Shown here: piece by piece, positions 37,798 through 51,597 of the stretch
Position numbering within the stretch: position 1 is the stretch's first letter
Layout of the letters: each line of letters opens with the position of its first letter
Assembly (NCBI GenBank): GCA_030390025.1
Contig: CM059433.1
Span: forward strand, 21,268,001-21,332,000
Direction: 5' to 3'
Length of the DNA: 64,000 nucleotides
From: Squalus acanthias
Lineage: Eukaryota
Translations under genes and position numbers: made by a program
Notes under the pieces: generated by a model
Seen by the model: only the letters and a program-made list of their open reading frames with translations
Databases searched by the model: none
What the model was told of the DNA's origin: nothing

Positions 37798-38049
37798 ACC
37801 TAAGTCACTATCATCACTTATGTTATCATGTAGATTATTGCCTTCCTTTGCTTAACTGAATCTGTTTGTGAAAATTATACCCTACTTATATTACAGAATC
37901 ATTTCCAATTAAAGCAGTTCTGTAATGTAACCTGGTTCCCTTCTGCCAAATCTAACCATTTATACTGTGGGGCAGGTTCAGAAACAAAAAAATAACCGTA
38001 CAAGCATGAATTGGACGATTTACCAGGCTGTCTAAGACTTAACACTAAG

Positions 38050-38200
38050 TTATGATAGATTGATAGAATTTGGTTAGGCAAGGGTATTAAGGGTTACGCG
38101 ACCAAGGCGGGTAAATGGAGTTAAGATACAGATACATAATCTAATTGAATGCTTGAGGGGCTGACTGACCTATTCCTGTTCCTATGTTCCTTCCTATGTT
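38050..38200 (+). mobile_element. CR1 3' UTR fragment
   Basis: gattgataga...aagggtattaagggtt...ggagttaagatacagat...cctgttcctatgttcc. Confidence 0.8.
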
Positions 38201-38732
38201 GCTCTCTTCCCTATGATTGTCATGTGAAAAGATTTAACTAGATTGACCAGTTTGTGTTATGATATTTTGACCTAGGTAAGTTATCCATATTAAGAGTGTT
38301 GTCAAATTGCTGTTAGTTAAAATATATCAAAGTTTAAAAGCGAAGCTTCGAAGAGCAGGAGTTTTGGAGAATGACGTGTTGTTTTGTAGTTGCTAAATGT
38401 GATAAAATAATTTAAAGATAGAGGGAAAGGTAAAGCCGATGGTATATCTGAGATGTAAGCTGACATTTCTGAAGCTTATCCCTTCATCTCCCCTGCTCTG
38501 TTCCCCTTCTCCTGAGAAGTGGGCTGTGAGAAGGAGAGGAGGGAGAGAGAAAGCCAATTTAATACTCCTTGCTTAGAGAGAATTTCAGAGGCTTGCAGGA
38601 TACCCCTTTGACTATAACTGTTCACTGTGCTGGAAATACTCTTTGGTTCATTCTCCAGACTCCAGAACAAAAGCCACCAGCCACAGCAAATCTCAGAAGC
38701 AAAACCAGAGGGAAAAGCACACATTCACACTA

Positions 38733-39096
38733 CAGGAAACTCTTTATTAACCGGCACTGACGGGACCGGCGTGGTGCCGGTTAATCAAAAAGTCTGGATA
38801 ATGGAGAGTTATATCTCCCAACGTACGAGAGCCCCGTACACACTGACATGCGCCTGCATTCGGAGCTCCGTCTCCCCGGGGACCGCCAGCTGACCATCTG
38901 TCGTGTCCGCTGCCTACCCGGGCTGCACATTCCCCTCCCAATCTACATGCTCCGATACAAGGCAAATGCCGAGGGGTTTTTTTTAAAGTTAATTTTAAAC
39001 GAGAGATGAAGGAAAACCCCGGTTACCTACTCAAGAATTTTGCCGGTTAAGAGAGATTTCCGGATATTTGGGTGCCGGTTAATAAAGAGTTTCCTG
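38733..39096. mobile_element. Tc1/mariner (pogo/Tigger-like) MITE
   Basis: Perfect 25-bp TIR CAGGAAACTCTTTATTAACCGGCAC ... GTGCCGGTTAATAAAGAGTTTCCTG, with TA on both sides. Confidence 0.95.
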
Positions 39097-40819
39097 TACT
39101 TATATACAGGAGGCAGCCTATAGTAGATATACATGCCAATAATGATCAGCTATTCCATAAAGGCTCATTAGCCCACAGCTCCAGCTTGTCATAAGATTTT
39201 TTCACATGTAGCAATATTGCTATGTTGTATTGATGCCAAAACCATACCGACCTGCTTTGTCAGTGCACCCCATTGCCCTACCACATCTAATCAGCTACGT
39301 TAAATCACATTCTACAGCCAGCATTGCCTGCACTGAACACACAAACTGCTCAAGACAGCCAAAGCACACCAATAGAAGGGAATCACAGCATGGAACAACA
39401 GTGGGTGACTCTGGAAACTGTTGGTACAGTGACTTCTAGTTTTGTACAGCAATGGCTTTAAGCTGTGCAGTTTTGGTATGATGTCTGTTCTAAGAATAAT
39501 CCAATTAATCATCATAACAGATTCTACCTATGCTGAAAGCCATTTTTCACTGTCTGACATGTTTACAGGGTTCTTATCAACAGAAAATATGAACAAAACA
39601 TCAAACTGGGGGATAATGGCTGTTTCTTTTCCATGATTAAAAATCTACTGATCAAATTGCAGGACTTGGTAGCTTTGAAACTTGCAATTTCTGAGAATGC
39701 GATTTTGATGGCGGGTAATTAATTATTGAAAATGTTCCCAAATGTGAGGGTGGTTGAGTCGCCTAATATACCAGACTGAAGAAAAGTAGCCTTTGCTTTA
39801 CAAAGGCTGGGGAATTCTGGTCCCTTCCTAGAAGCATGGGTTCAGTTCACACTACAGTAGAACTTAAATGCATGAAGATGATTTTTTAGAAGGATCCCAG
39901 CACATTTATGCAAAATTATGGTACTTGAGCAGCAAATTTTGCTAATAGTAAGGTTAGGAATTTTCAGGATTTTTCATGCCAAGTCACTCAAACTAAGACA
40001 TGCGCTTGGAATCCAATGAGGAAAATCAATGCTTAATTTTTCTGGGAAATGTTCTTTGATGAAGAAAGCCATTTTTCAGTACAGTAAAAATTTATATTCT
40101 TAGCTATCGACTTCAATGAGCATTCAGAAATTCAGTAATACGGATTTTAAGCCTTTAGCTTTATGAAACAGTGGGACAAGTTTCTGTACATTATCAACCA
40201 AAGGGGCAAAGTTCTGTACAAAGGGATAACATTCAACACTCAAAGGAGCAGTGATCTATGAAGTCTGTGCTGCCATGTGTGGGGTTAAGTGCAAAGTCAC
40301 CCTATTGTAAGCATTGCCAGCGGGTGCCCACACCATTAGGAATGCAACTTGGGCACGTGCCTACCCCGGGATGCGGCCTTGCAGCCCAGCTTGGGATGGA
40401 TGTTGGGTCCCCAGCCCAGAAATATTCCAATTCAGCCCCTGGGGGCTGGATTACGCTCACCAAAAAATGTTGATCTTCATGGATCCAGGCTATTTCCCTG
40501 GCATAGACCCTGTCGGTGGTTCGCAAATCCACCGAGGAGGAGGCCGCTTTGATTCTTCTCGCTGGTTGAGGTCATGGGGATTCCCAACATAGGGTGTCCC
40601 GACCATGCCCTCTCTCACACCACTGGCCGTGTAAGGGATGGGTGGAGACTCCACTCCCTACAAGGCCAAAGGGGAACATTGATGTCAGGATACAGTATAT
40701 CTGGGTCCCGGCCTGTTTTCCAGCCCTTCTATTGCATTCCCGACAGTTAAGACAGGAGCATGCTGAACGTGCTGAGGAAATTCGGCCCTGATATTTATAA
40801 ATAGCAAAGTTGCTTCTAA

Positions 40820-41107
<288 letters not shown>

Positions 41108-41464
41108 TGATCAAGAATGGTTTCCACATCGAGTTACTTCATGTAAAGGACATTGTCACTCTGTTTACTGAAAGAAGATAACATTCAGATTTTTTTTTGC
41201 CTTTTATTTACATGATGTACAAATTCAGTATTTCCTCCGTGTAAAGCTTCCTTGGAGATGTGAACAACCTTTGAGTAAATAGTTTAGTTATCAAAAAAAA
41301 CGTGGTTCTAAATTTACTGATATTTTTGGATCTCTTCTCAGCCCTTAAATGGCATGTGTTAAGTGGTACAGCATGATGTGCACTAATGTCTTGTCATGTA
41401 AATGCTGAGAAATGATTCACAATCTTGATTAGAGCTGTGCTTTTTTCTCAAACGGCATTTGTTA

Positions 41465-42930
41465 GATAGAATTACACAGAATTTACAGCACAGAAACAAA
41501 CCATTCAGCCCAACCAATCTATGTCAGTGTTTATGCTCCACACGAGCCTCTTCCCACTCTATTTAATTCATCTCACCCGATCAACATTTCTGCCTCATGC
41601 ACTTATCTAGCTTCCCCTTAAATGCATCTATGCTATTCACCTCAACTACTCCTTGTGGTAGCGAGTTCCACATTCTCACCTATCTCTGAGGAAAAAAGTT
41701 TCTCCTGAATCCCTTTGTGGATTTATTAGTAACTATCTTATATTCATGGCCCCTAGTTTTGGACTCCCCCACAAGTGGAAAAATCTTCTCTCTGCCAACG
41801 TATTGAACCCCTTCATAATTTTCAGGACCTCTATCAAGTCACCTCTCAGTCTTCTCCTTTCTAGAGAAAAAATCCCCAGCCTGTTCGGTCATTCTTGACA
41901 GTCGTACCCTTTCAGTTCTGGTAGCATCCTTGTAGATCATTTTTTGCACTTTCTCCAGTTCTTCTACATCCTTTTTATAATATGGAGACCAGAACTGTGC
42001 ACAGTTAAGTGGGGTCTAACCTAGATTTCACATAAGTTTAACATAATTTCCCTGCTTTTGAATTCTATTCCTCTAGGAATGATCTCCAGTGCTTTGTTTG
42101 CACATTTTATGACTTTGTTCATCTGCATTGCTACTCTTAATGATTTCTGTACCTGTATCCCTGGATCCCTTTGCGCCTCTACCTCATTTAGACTCTTATT
42201 TTCCAAGGAGTATGTGTTCTCCTTATTCCTCCTACCAAAATGCACTACCTCACACTTATTTATATTGAAATTCATTTTCCTTTACACACTCATTCCGCAA
42301 GTTTGTTAACGTCTTCTTGTATTTTGTCACAGTCCACCTCTGTATTAACTACACCCCCCAATTTGGTGTCATCTGGAAATTTTGATATAGTACTTCCGAT
42401 TCTGAATCCAAATCATTTCTGTAAATGGTGAACAACAGTGGTCCCAACACCAATCCCTGTGGAACACCACTTCCCATCTTCTGCCAATGTGATTTATCCC
42501 CTATTCTGCGTTTTCTGCTTTGCAGCCAGTTTGTTATCCATTCTGCTACTTTTCCCCTGACTACACATGCTCTGACCTTAGTCATGAGTCTATTACAGCC
42601 TTATTGGAGGCCTTTTGAAAGTCCATGTATATCACATCAACTGTATTATCCTTGTCTATCCTTTTGGTTACTACTCCAAAGAATTCAGTAAGGTTGGTCA
42701 AGCATTACCTTCTCTTTTGAAATCCGTGCTGACTATTCTTTATTATATTTTCAGTTTCTCGATGTTTTTCTGTTACATCTTTGAGTAAAGATTCCAATAT
42801 CTTTCCTACCACCAACGTTAAAATAACTGGTGAATAGTTCCCTGAATTTGTTCTATCTCCCTTTTTGAATATAGAAGTAACATTAGCTATCCGCCAGACC
42901 TCTGGCACTAATCCCTTTTCTATTGGATTT
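41465..42930 (-). mobile_element. Decayed CR1 LINE (RT to 3' end)
   Basis: ORF pieces WRIANVTSIFKKG...NYSPVILT...QHGF, GVPQGLVLGP and FNINKCEVVHFG. Confidence 0.93.
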
Positions 42931-44837
42931 TCATATATATGTAGATACTATTGTTGCAAAGAGTCCATGAAGTTAGGGCAACCCAGTGTAATTCATCAAT
43001 GAACTTCACTGTTTACATTAATATTAGCAGACATTAGTACAATTCACGGAGTTCCACGACTTCACAGAATCTGTGCAACAAATGCAACCTGTGAAAAACT
43101 TACAACCCTATATCATGGTTTCCCACACAATGAATCCCTGATCTTAACTAGACTGACAGAGGGAGAGGTGATGAGTGGCGATCGAGCACTTTCCCAAAGG
43201 GAGGCAGAGGAAGAAAACAACATCTGCGCGGCTGTTCCCAAGCAACTCAAAATGAAGTTGTTGCATGGTTACAGATGAACTTAGGCTAGTACGCTATCTG
43301 CCTTCCCTGTAAGCTATGGAATGGTGCATCGCATGGGGACACAAAGGTAGAAACTATGAATAACATATGAGCGAGGAACGGTGCACTTTTCTCATTACTT
43401 TCTGCCCATGAATGTTACTTGTTTCAATGCAATTTTCCTTAGCCTGTTCCAAATCATAGCCTTGGTTGTCAACACTTTGGTTGGTGGAAAGGAGGCGTGA
43501 TTGGAACAGGTCAAGTTGCGTTCTGTCATGTTTGCTTCCTCTTGAGACAAGGTACCTCACATCTGATGGTTCCATGCACAATGACCTGGCTAAAACTGAA
43601 CAGATTCACTCAACCAAGGCAAGCTGAACAGTTTTTAAAGGCTGCATGCAGATCAAATTGTTGGGGAAAGGAGCAAGAACACAATGATCATGTTTATATT
43701 TAAAAAAATTATATGAATCTAGAAATATTCTGTGCATTTTCCCAATTGTCCTTTCCATGCTTGGAGCTTTTTCTTTGCAACTTCTGTGTGGTAGAAAAGA
43801 TGTGCTTGTAATTGAAAGTAGAATAGACCTTTCAGTCCTATGTGAGTTAATAAGAGGAATCCCTCAGTAGTGAGTGGCAGACCTTCTGCTCAGGGTCATT
43901 TGCTCTACTGCATTATGTATTTCTCCTCTTCACGAGAACAAATGATCCTCAATAATCAGTAACAAAAGGAGACAATCACAATTGGAACATTAAAATGGTC
44001 AACCCCATTTATCCTCAAAATTACTACTCAGTGCATTTTAAAACATTTAAGAAAGGGCTGGTTTCAAGTATATATTTCTTCATGATTCCTTATACTTGTA
44101 TTTTAAAATATCACCTGGCTATAGAGCAGATAGAGAATGTGTAACAATCATAATTACAGAATTCATCAATGCAGATTGATAAGAATAAAGTCTCAGTGTA
44201 CTATTCATTTGGAGCAAAACCATAGCAACGGCAGCAATAAACATGCTTGTCACATCTGTGTCCCTGAGTGGATTGTTATTCATCTGTCGGAGAGCACGTT
44301 CTTCCTGTGCTTCTGTAGCTTAGAGATACAGTAGAGAGGTTGCTGGAATAGAAAAGCTGATTTAGAAGATCCCACCTTTATCAATTCAATTAGCTTCTAG
44401 TTTTTATTTTTTTTTAAATTGTACAACATTTTTAGATCCATACTGAAATTGTATAGTTTATGTTTTCTCTGTTTTGTTATACAAAAGCTCCCCTTGTTCC
44501 TTCAGAACACCTGATCCTGTACTGAATGGAAGCAGAGATTCTTTTTACTGTTCAGCAATTGAAACGATTGAAGAACTTTCTTAAATGCATAATTTACACT
44601 AAGTGTACAGCTTATGGTGATTTCCCCTCGGCAGTCCACACTGAGTGTTAGCTTTGGGAAAACATCAGTAAAAAGCACCTTCTATGGCAATGTAGTTTGA
44701 TGTTACACCTCTGTGTTTATCATGCTAAGACATGGGTTGGTGCTCATAATTCCAGATGTGTGAGTTCAGTCTAGGCTGGGTCAAAGAGGGAGGTGCTGAG
44801 TGAAGTCCAGGTGCTTTATTAATAGGGAAGTCACTGT

Positions 44838-44930
44838 GGACAACAACAACAACAACAACTTGCATTTATATAGTGCCTTTAAAATCGTAAAACATCCCAA
44901 GGCACTTCACAGGAGCGTTATCAAACAAAA
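44838..44930 (-). mobile_element. L2 3' tail fragment with (AAC)n
   Basis: Matches 21452-21530 (aacaacaacttgcatttatatagtgccttt...aaacatcccaaggc). Confidence 0.85.
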
Positions 44931-45044
44931 AAGCTTTGTTTTTTTAAGCCCATGGGATAAAATATGTAAAAATAAATTACAACATTACTTTTATTTAATT
45001 GACCTATCTTTTCAGTTCCCACATGAACTTTAATAAGCTGTACA

Positions 45045-45405
45045 TTTCCTGAAGGCACCGATTCATGCTGCAATATAGTTCCATATGTCCTGGCCACTGG
45101 CCAATATTTCACCTAAGTGACCATTCCCCATGTTGAATGTTGGCATAATATTCAACTCTTGGCTAACTGATCCCTTCCTCACCTGACATCCACACCTAGA
45201 CAATTTCCAGCAGGCGTCGCTGAATACTGATCAGAAGCAGGAACTGTGGATCATTTTTCCTTCCCTTACCCAGGGTGCCTATTGCCACATCAGTTGTCAT
45301 CAGCTAAACCCACCGCAGACCAAGGCTTGAATCTAGCACCTCTCTGGTCTGCGTGGCACAGCTCCGCACTGCACACTAAATGTACCAACTGACCTAGTGG
45401 GGAAC
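45045..45405 (-). mobile_element. Family B SINE
   Basis: Minus strand has a tRNA-like head (ggtcagttggt...cagaccagagagg...gattcaagcc) and shared body (aagtgaccattc, cctcacctgacatcc, ttccagcagg). Confidence 0.65.
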
Positions 45406-45734
45406 TGAATATTTTAACAGGATTATTGCATCGCAGCTAAGCTTGCTGTGAATAGTTAAAAGATTTATGACTTGCACAATGTCTTTTATCAATTTGATAC
45501 ATAACACAGCATCATCTGACCATGTGCAAGTCAGAAAGTATAGAGATTAGATGCTTTAACTTGCTGTAACTCAGTTTCAGGTTAAAATGTGTAGACAGAG
45601 TAGTTAGACTGGAGACTGTGCCTGTTATTTCTGCCACAGTTATTTCTGCTAAAGCAAGAGGTGTTAAGAGGATGATGGGCAGGAGGAACTTCAAAGAGAG
45701 AAAGAACAGCTGAGAATACAAAATAACATACTGT

Positions 45735-46030
45735 GTTTTTACAATTTTCCATCCCCTCCTCTTCTGAAGTCACTGACTCACGCTAGGGTACGGTTCCACA
45801 GGCAGCTCTGCAGTGCCTTGTTCAAGTGACCATTCTTCATGCATGACTCGAGTCAGGAAGCGATTCAACTGTGGCAGACATTGCAGCGAAGCCTGATGCC
45901 TCCCCCTTACCTGATACTCACACATGCGCATTTTTGCAATAGAGGTCACTGGATAATGATCACACCTGACATCCAAGTCAACATCGTGTAATTCCAGGTG
46001 TAGCATAGGTCAGATGCATAGAAAAGCCTC
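45735..46030 (-). mobile_element. Family B SINE (partial)
   Basis: cctccttctgaag..ctgactc, gggtacggttcca, caagtgaccattcttcatg, ggtcactggataatgatca. Confidence 0.65.
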
Positions 46031-46241
46031 CCCCACCCTGCCTCAGTGATGTTTCTTAACTCCAGCTTCAGAAGAACACCCGTTAGTGCACCAACGTGAC
46101 ATTTCCATTTCCCACACCAGCCAGCCTCTGTGGTCTTTCTGAATGAGTTTTCCAACTTTGTGTCATATGGTATGCAGATTAGTGCTTTAGACTTTTTATT
46201 GTGGAAGAATGTCTAGTACAGCTGACTTCAGGCTTTTTTAA

Positions 46242-46433
<192 letters not shown>

Positions 46434-46812
46434 TAGCTATCCTTGTAACTTTTCAATCAAATGGGTTGACAATCATCAATAGAAGGAAGAAATTTTTAAC
46501 ATGGAATGCAACACAAACGGTTATTAAATGTAATAAATCCCAAAACAAGTACAAATAGAAAAATATTGCTGTATTTGCTTGTTTACTGTGGTACTGTTCA
46601 TCACGTACCTCTGAAATACAGGAGCATCTCTTTGTTCAGAAAGTTTCAGGATTGCTTCAACTTGCAGCTTAACCAGAATGGAAGGGAGGAGAATTCAGAG
46701 TTGCAGAAAGTTTAACGTGCCTGTTGAAATTTGGACAGGAGTCGGTAGATTTCCTTAATATGTTCTGAGTTGAATTGAGCAGAATGAGTCTCAGCCTCAC
46801 GACAGACAAATA

Positions 46813-47309
46813 AGGTCAATTTTAACACCCAGCTTCGCTCAGCGGGAACAGTGCCTTGGAAGGGTTAAAATCGTCCGTGTTTGTTTATCAGCCCAAGGCA
46901 GCACCATTCCACCGGGTGGCATTTTATCTTTGCCGACTCTGAAGGCAGCCTTAAACGGCAGCCGTGGGTTTAATTTCAATCTAGATGTCATTGGGGCCGC
47001 AATGTGATTTTAATGACGACTCGGGGGCATGCCTTGGGAGTGAGGAGGAGCAGGACTGTTGCTCCAGGCCTTGGAAGGAATCCTTGGGCCTACCCTGCCC
47101 AGCCCTACCTACACCGGCATCTTTTTAGAACACCACCCCTCCCCCACCCCCACCAAGCACTTACCTTAAGCCGAGGACTATTTCCTTGGGTCTTGGGTGA
47201 TGAAGCTCGGCAGTTCAAATCATTAAGGCCTTGCTTCCTTCTGAACTTTTGGGTGCATCGTCCATTTCAGGCCCCCCACCCCATGAATGGATCTGTTAAC
47301 ATCTTCCCC
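46813..47309. mobile_element. Degenerate Harbinger-like MITE
   Basis: Ends aggtcaattttaac ... gttaacatcttcccc, with a possible ATA TSD. Central hairpin remnant at 47032-47078. Confidence 0.5.
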
Positions 47310-47334
47310 ATAATCTTTGTTCTGTACCCAGAAG

Positions 47335-47625
47335 GGTATGTAGTGTAGTGGTCAAAAGGATATGGTGATTTAATGGTACTGTAATAGTAACCGAGAGGTT
47401 GTGAGTTCAAGTCCCTTTACTGATTGTTGGGTGCTATTGGATCATTTTTATCCTTCAGGGAAGAAAACATGCCACCTCTACCTGTTCGGGTCTGTATATG
47501 TCTCCAGTTCTACAGTATGTAGTTGACTCGTAATACCATTGAAGATGGCCTAGCAAGCCTCTAATTTATCAGGACAACTAAGCATGGACTATAAATATGG
47601 CCTTGCCGGTGTTGCCCATATCCCA
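47335..47625 (+). mobile_element. Degenerate family C SINE
   Basis: tagtgtagtgg A-box, gagttcaagtccc B-box, ccttcaggggaagaaaacatgcc core, and tail ataaatatggccttgccggtgttgcccatatccc like 58874-58908. Confidence 0.7.
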
Positions 47626-47739
47626 GCCCAAGGGTAACTCACCCTCTTCCTGCGCGCACCCCCCCCCCCATCTCTGAAAATGGAAAAAATGAATTTGTGT
47701 AAATATTTTTCTCTTCAATTAAAGATCATTGCAAGGACT

Positions 47740-48092
47740 ACATTTTAATGTCCCCTCCCCTGATTTTCTCCCATCCTCTGCTGAAGGCAATAAATCAGGC
47801 TTTTCAGGGTATGGTTCCATGTGCGCTCTGCAATTCTTTGTATGTGAACCTAGACATTGGATGTTAACAGGTGAACACGTGCATACTTCCATACCTATAC
47901 TTCCAGCAAGGGTCGCTGGATAATGACCAGGAGCACTGATTGTCTTTTCCCTCCCTAACCCAAGGGCAGTGAAACCAATTACAGCATCTCTTCTGCAACT
48001 TCGACGATCAGCGAAACAAGGCTGTTCCTGGTCATTTTTGTTTGGTTCCACACCACAAAATACAATTACCCACTGAGCCAGAGGGAAAGCCC
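47740..48092 (-). mobile_element. Family B SINE
   Basis: cctctgctgaagg, gggtatggttcca, ttccagcaagggtcgctggataatgacc, and head tacccactgagccagaggga. Confidence 0.65.
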
Positions 48093-48109
48093 AGATTTTA
48101 CATTTAAAA

Positions 48110-48660
48110 ATAAGATCAAACATTGTTGCAGAACATTGGTTAGGCCTCATTTAGAGTACTGTGTGCAGTTTAGGGTGCTCCATTTTAGTAAGGATATTAA
48201 AGCCATAGAGAGAGTACAGCGTCGCTTTCTCCAGGACGATGCCAAGGATTGGCAACTACAGTTATGAGGGAAGATACTAGGAAAATTATTTTCTGGCACA
48301 GAGAAGGCTAAAAGGAGATTTACTAGATGTTTTTTGAATTGTGAAGATTTTTAATAAAGTGAATAAGTAAAGACTATTTCCTCCGGTTATGGAATCAGTT
48401 ACAAGGGGTCATTGATTTTGAATTGCCATAAAGAGAGCCAGGAGAGAGCTTGGGATAAATTTATTTACACGGGGAGTGGTTATGGCAGAGACTATTGTAT
48501 CTTTAAGAAAATTGGATAAATATTTAGAGTAGAGGAAGGTACAGGGCAATGGGGAAAGAATGGGGTAGTGCAATTAGTTTTATATTGCTCCAGCAAAGAG
48601 CCAGCACAGATTTTGTGGGTTGAGTGGCCTCGTTCTGTGCCATAAACATCTATGTGATTC
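48110..48660 (+). mobile_element. Degenerate CR1 3' fragment
   Basis: ttggttaggcctcatttagagtactgtgtgcagttt encodes LVRPHLEYCVQF. Tail tgattctattatg. Confidence 0.85.
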
Positions 48661-49094
48661 TATTATGACTTAGCTCTTTTATTAATTCAGAATGGGAATT
48701 GTGTGCTTGACTAAGAATTTATGTTTTGTAAAACTGGAGTACTGATGAGCAGAGCCTAGTTTGAGGTTTGAGGTTGAATTATAAAAAGTGGCCTTCAGTT
48801 AATGGTTTTGGTTTATCTAGGGAAGGATACTCAGCGAAGGCTCAGTTTCCTGAATAACATAACAGCCTTTTGTTTTATTGGTACAGGCTTGCTGAGAGTC
48901 TCATGGATGGATCAGAAAGCTCTTGCAGTCTCTGGGGGTTAAGAGCCATCAAATAAGAGCGTAGATTGTCTGGGATTCAGTTGAACATTTACACAATGTA
49001 CTTTTGGAACTCACGACACGGACTGTTGTAGGAAATACAAGTTAATCCTGAGTCATTAGCTGTGCACATTACTGGATGAATAACAGTGGCAGTT

Positions 49095-49390
49095 GGGATT
49101 CCCTGGTGATTGAGTGGACAGACGCACTGTGGTTGTGGTACTGAGTCATACAGACCAGAAAGGTCTCCTGTTCTAATATAAATGTGGATATTGCATGAGG
49201 GCAGATTTAGCTCAGTTGTAATACCCTCCACTGTCAAATTGCCAAATTGCCTGCCTACGCTCCTTGTCTAGATTAACACATGTGTCCTCTTGGGTGAGGC
49301 TGTGCAAAATACAAGAAGGCAGCCAGGATCCATGAAAGAAGACCCCAGCACGAGTCAGCAGGAGCTGGGAAGAAAATTGGACAAAAATAT
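49095..49390 (+). mobile_element. Family B SINE (internally deleted)
   Basis: Head ttccctggtgattgagtgg...ggtactgagtcatacagaccagaaagg and tail accccagcacgagtcagc...gaaaattg. Confidence 0.6.
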
Positions 49391-49468
49391 ACACTATATC
49401 TTAACTAGGTGTTGGTCAAATTGCTAGCACTGCAATTCCACCACAAACAATCTATAATTTGAAATATA

Positions 49469-50187
49469 GACCCCAATTTTAAAAGGGGCGGGGGACAGAA
49501 ATGGTGCGCACGAGCTCCAAAGCAGGTGGCACACCTGAAGAGTCCGGGGACCTGGAGGCTCTGCCGATATTAGCAACAGGGCCTCATTAACATAAAAGTT
49601 TCCAGAGTCCCAGCCGACACCCAGCCAGATCCACTACCTGGCTGGCAGGCGGGAGTTGAAGTTTGGCCGAAGCCGGGGACCCGTGGGAACAGTCCCTGGC
49701 AGTCAGAGGGAGGAGGGATCTGAAGGCAATCAAGGATCGGGGGGAGTGGGTTCCACTAGTATCGGGGGGAGGCTGGGCCTGGGGAGGCCTAAGGATTCCT
49801 TGCAGGCCTTGGGGCGAGCACTCCTGCTCCACCTGGCCACAAAGAGTTCGGACAGAACTAAATTTATTAAAACTTAACTTGGCCTCTTCTGGACAGTCGG
49901 CGCCTCCTGCTGTGGTTCTGGTGTCAGGCTGCAGACAGTGTGGTCCTCTGCCTGACTTATATTTAAGATTAAGTTGCGGCGCTGATGCTGTCATTGGGCC
50001 ACAACTTTTGATGGTAAAGTAGGCCCCGGCCTACTTTAGCCTCGGCCGACTTTAAAGTTGGTGAAGATAAGATGGCACCGGGTGGGAACGGAGCGACCTC
50101 AGGCCGGTAACCGGTAAGTCGACTTGGCCGAATCTTAACCCCGCCCACGCACCATTCCGACTGGGCGAGGAGTTTAAAATCCCGAGC
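49469..50187. mobile_element. Harbinger-like MITE
   Basis: Ends gaccccaATTTTAA ... TTAAAATcccgagc with ATA on both flanks. Central hairpin at 49798-49844. Confidence 0.65.
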
Positions 50188-51354
50188 ATACATTTCTTAA
50201 ATATAAATCCAAGCTGCTATTGCACCAAGCAGTGAGGTGGCCACTGTGAATGTGAGCAGGCTGAGTGAATTGTCACTGCTTGTCTTTGTCCATCAGTCTC
50301 CTAGGCAACGATGGGTGCAGTGACAGACACAATAAACTGATTGTCACACTGAGTGATGGAGTAACATGGAAGGAGACAGGACCAGCTGGATTGAGGGAAA
50401 AGCTACATCCTGGTTTAAAAATAAAAATGTAGCTAAAAGAAAATGATATGGGTGCAGTAATAAAGCTCCATTAAATAGGTTTAATTTTTGCAGAACATTG
50501 ACATTTGCCTACTGCTTTGTAGAAAATAACAGCTACAGTTCAGCTTTAGCACACTGAAAATACACTGCTGTGTAATATGTTTACATCTAATTGTTCTTCC
50601 ACTGAATAAAGGCGAATGAAAGACCAGCCGCACTATGACTAGAATGGTTGACAAGTAGAGTCAGTACTCAACCTCCACGCTCTGAAGCGCCTGTCTTCCG
50701 CTCCACTTTAGCCAGCGTCTCACTTGCTCCATTTGATCTAGTGTCAATCTCCCACTCTACTTTATCCAACACTTGTCACCCAATTCATAAAGAAGACAAT
50801 CCCCTCCAAAGAGCGACGTACAGTTTTTTTTACCTCACAACGCGAGTATGTGCGGTAGCCTTATAGCAGGCATTTTTTTTCATAAGTAGGTTACTTGGAG
50901 GTTAGGATTAAGATTTACTGCAACAGATGGTCTAATGCAAGAGTAGTGACATCTGTGTGGAAGCTGGCCGGTCGACAGGTGAGGAATCAAGATTGACATG
51001 CTGGGAATCAAAGGATTAAATGCTGCTTTTATTTACTGGTGACTCTTGTTGCTGTCATGACAACTGTATGTAGTATAGATTGAGAATGTACATCCAGTGA
51101 TCCATTCAAGCAATTCAGATGTCCTAAACTGCATGAGTAAAATTCAAGTATGTGTTGGAGGAACAGGGATAAGTGAAAGCAGGTATTATTTTGTGACTGT
51201 GCTGACCAGTTCATCAGGAATTTCTGAATTATCTACTTTGTTCTGCTTGTCGTAAATGGCTACTGTCATGTGTTAAAATATCTGGCAAAGTTGACTAATG
51301 AATTGGCAAACAGGTGAGGATGCAGTAATGTGATTGGCGACATAGCATCGGGAA

Positions 51355-51597
51355 TTGTGAAATTTCAAAATTGACGGGCAGGGAAAGGCCAGCTGGTCCA
51401 TCAAGCCTGCCCCACACTCATAATGCCTGGAGCAACATGACTGGACACCTCCTATACCCCCTCCCGCTGCCACGTAATATGCTGGGAGAGGCAAAAAAAA
51501 CCCAGAAAAACCCTGGGCTGATCATGGAAAAATACTTTGAAAAATCCTCTCCGACCCCCTCTGGTGATCAAAACCAGTGCAGGAGATCACATGGAAG
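51355..51597 (-). mobile_element. Probable 3' UTR of another CR1-type LINE
   Basis: gggaaaggccagctggtccatcaagcctgcccc resembles the ggccatt..gccc.tcgagcctg terminal motif of the other minus-strand CR1 tails. Confidence 0.4.

Noticed and set aside
40260..40790. GC-rich stretch ending GAAATTCGGCCC as another MITE
   Set aside because: Only one TIR-like end is visible. No matching left end or shared hairpin was found.
43165..43290. C/D box snoRNA (GTGATGA box C)
   Set aside because: No suitably placed CTGA box D and no terminal stem.
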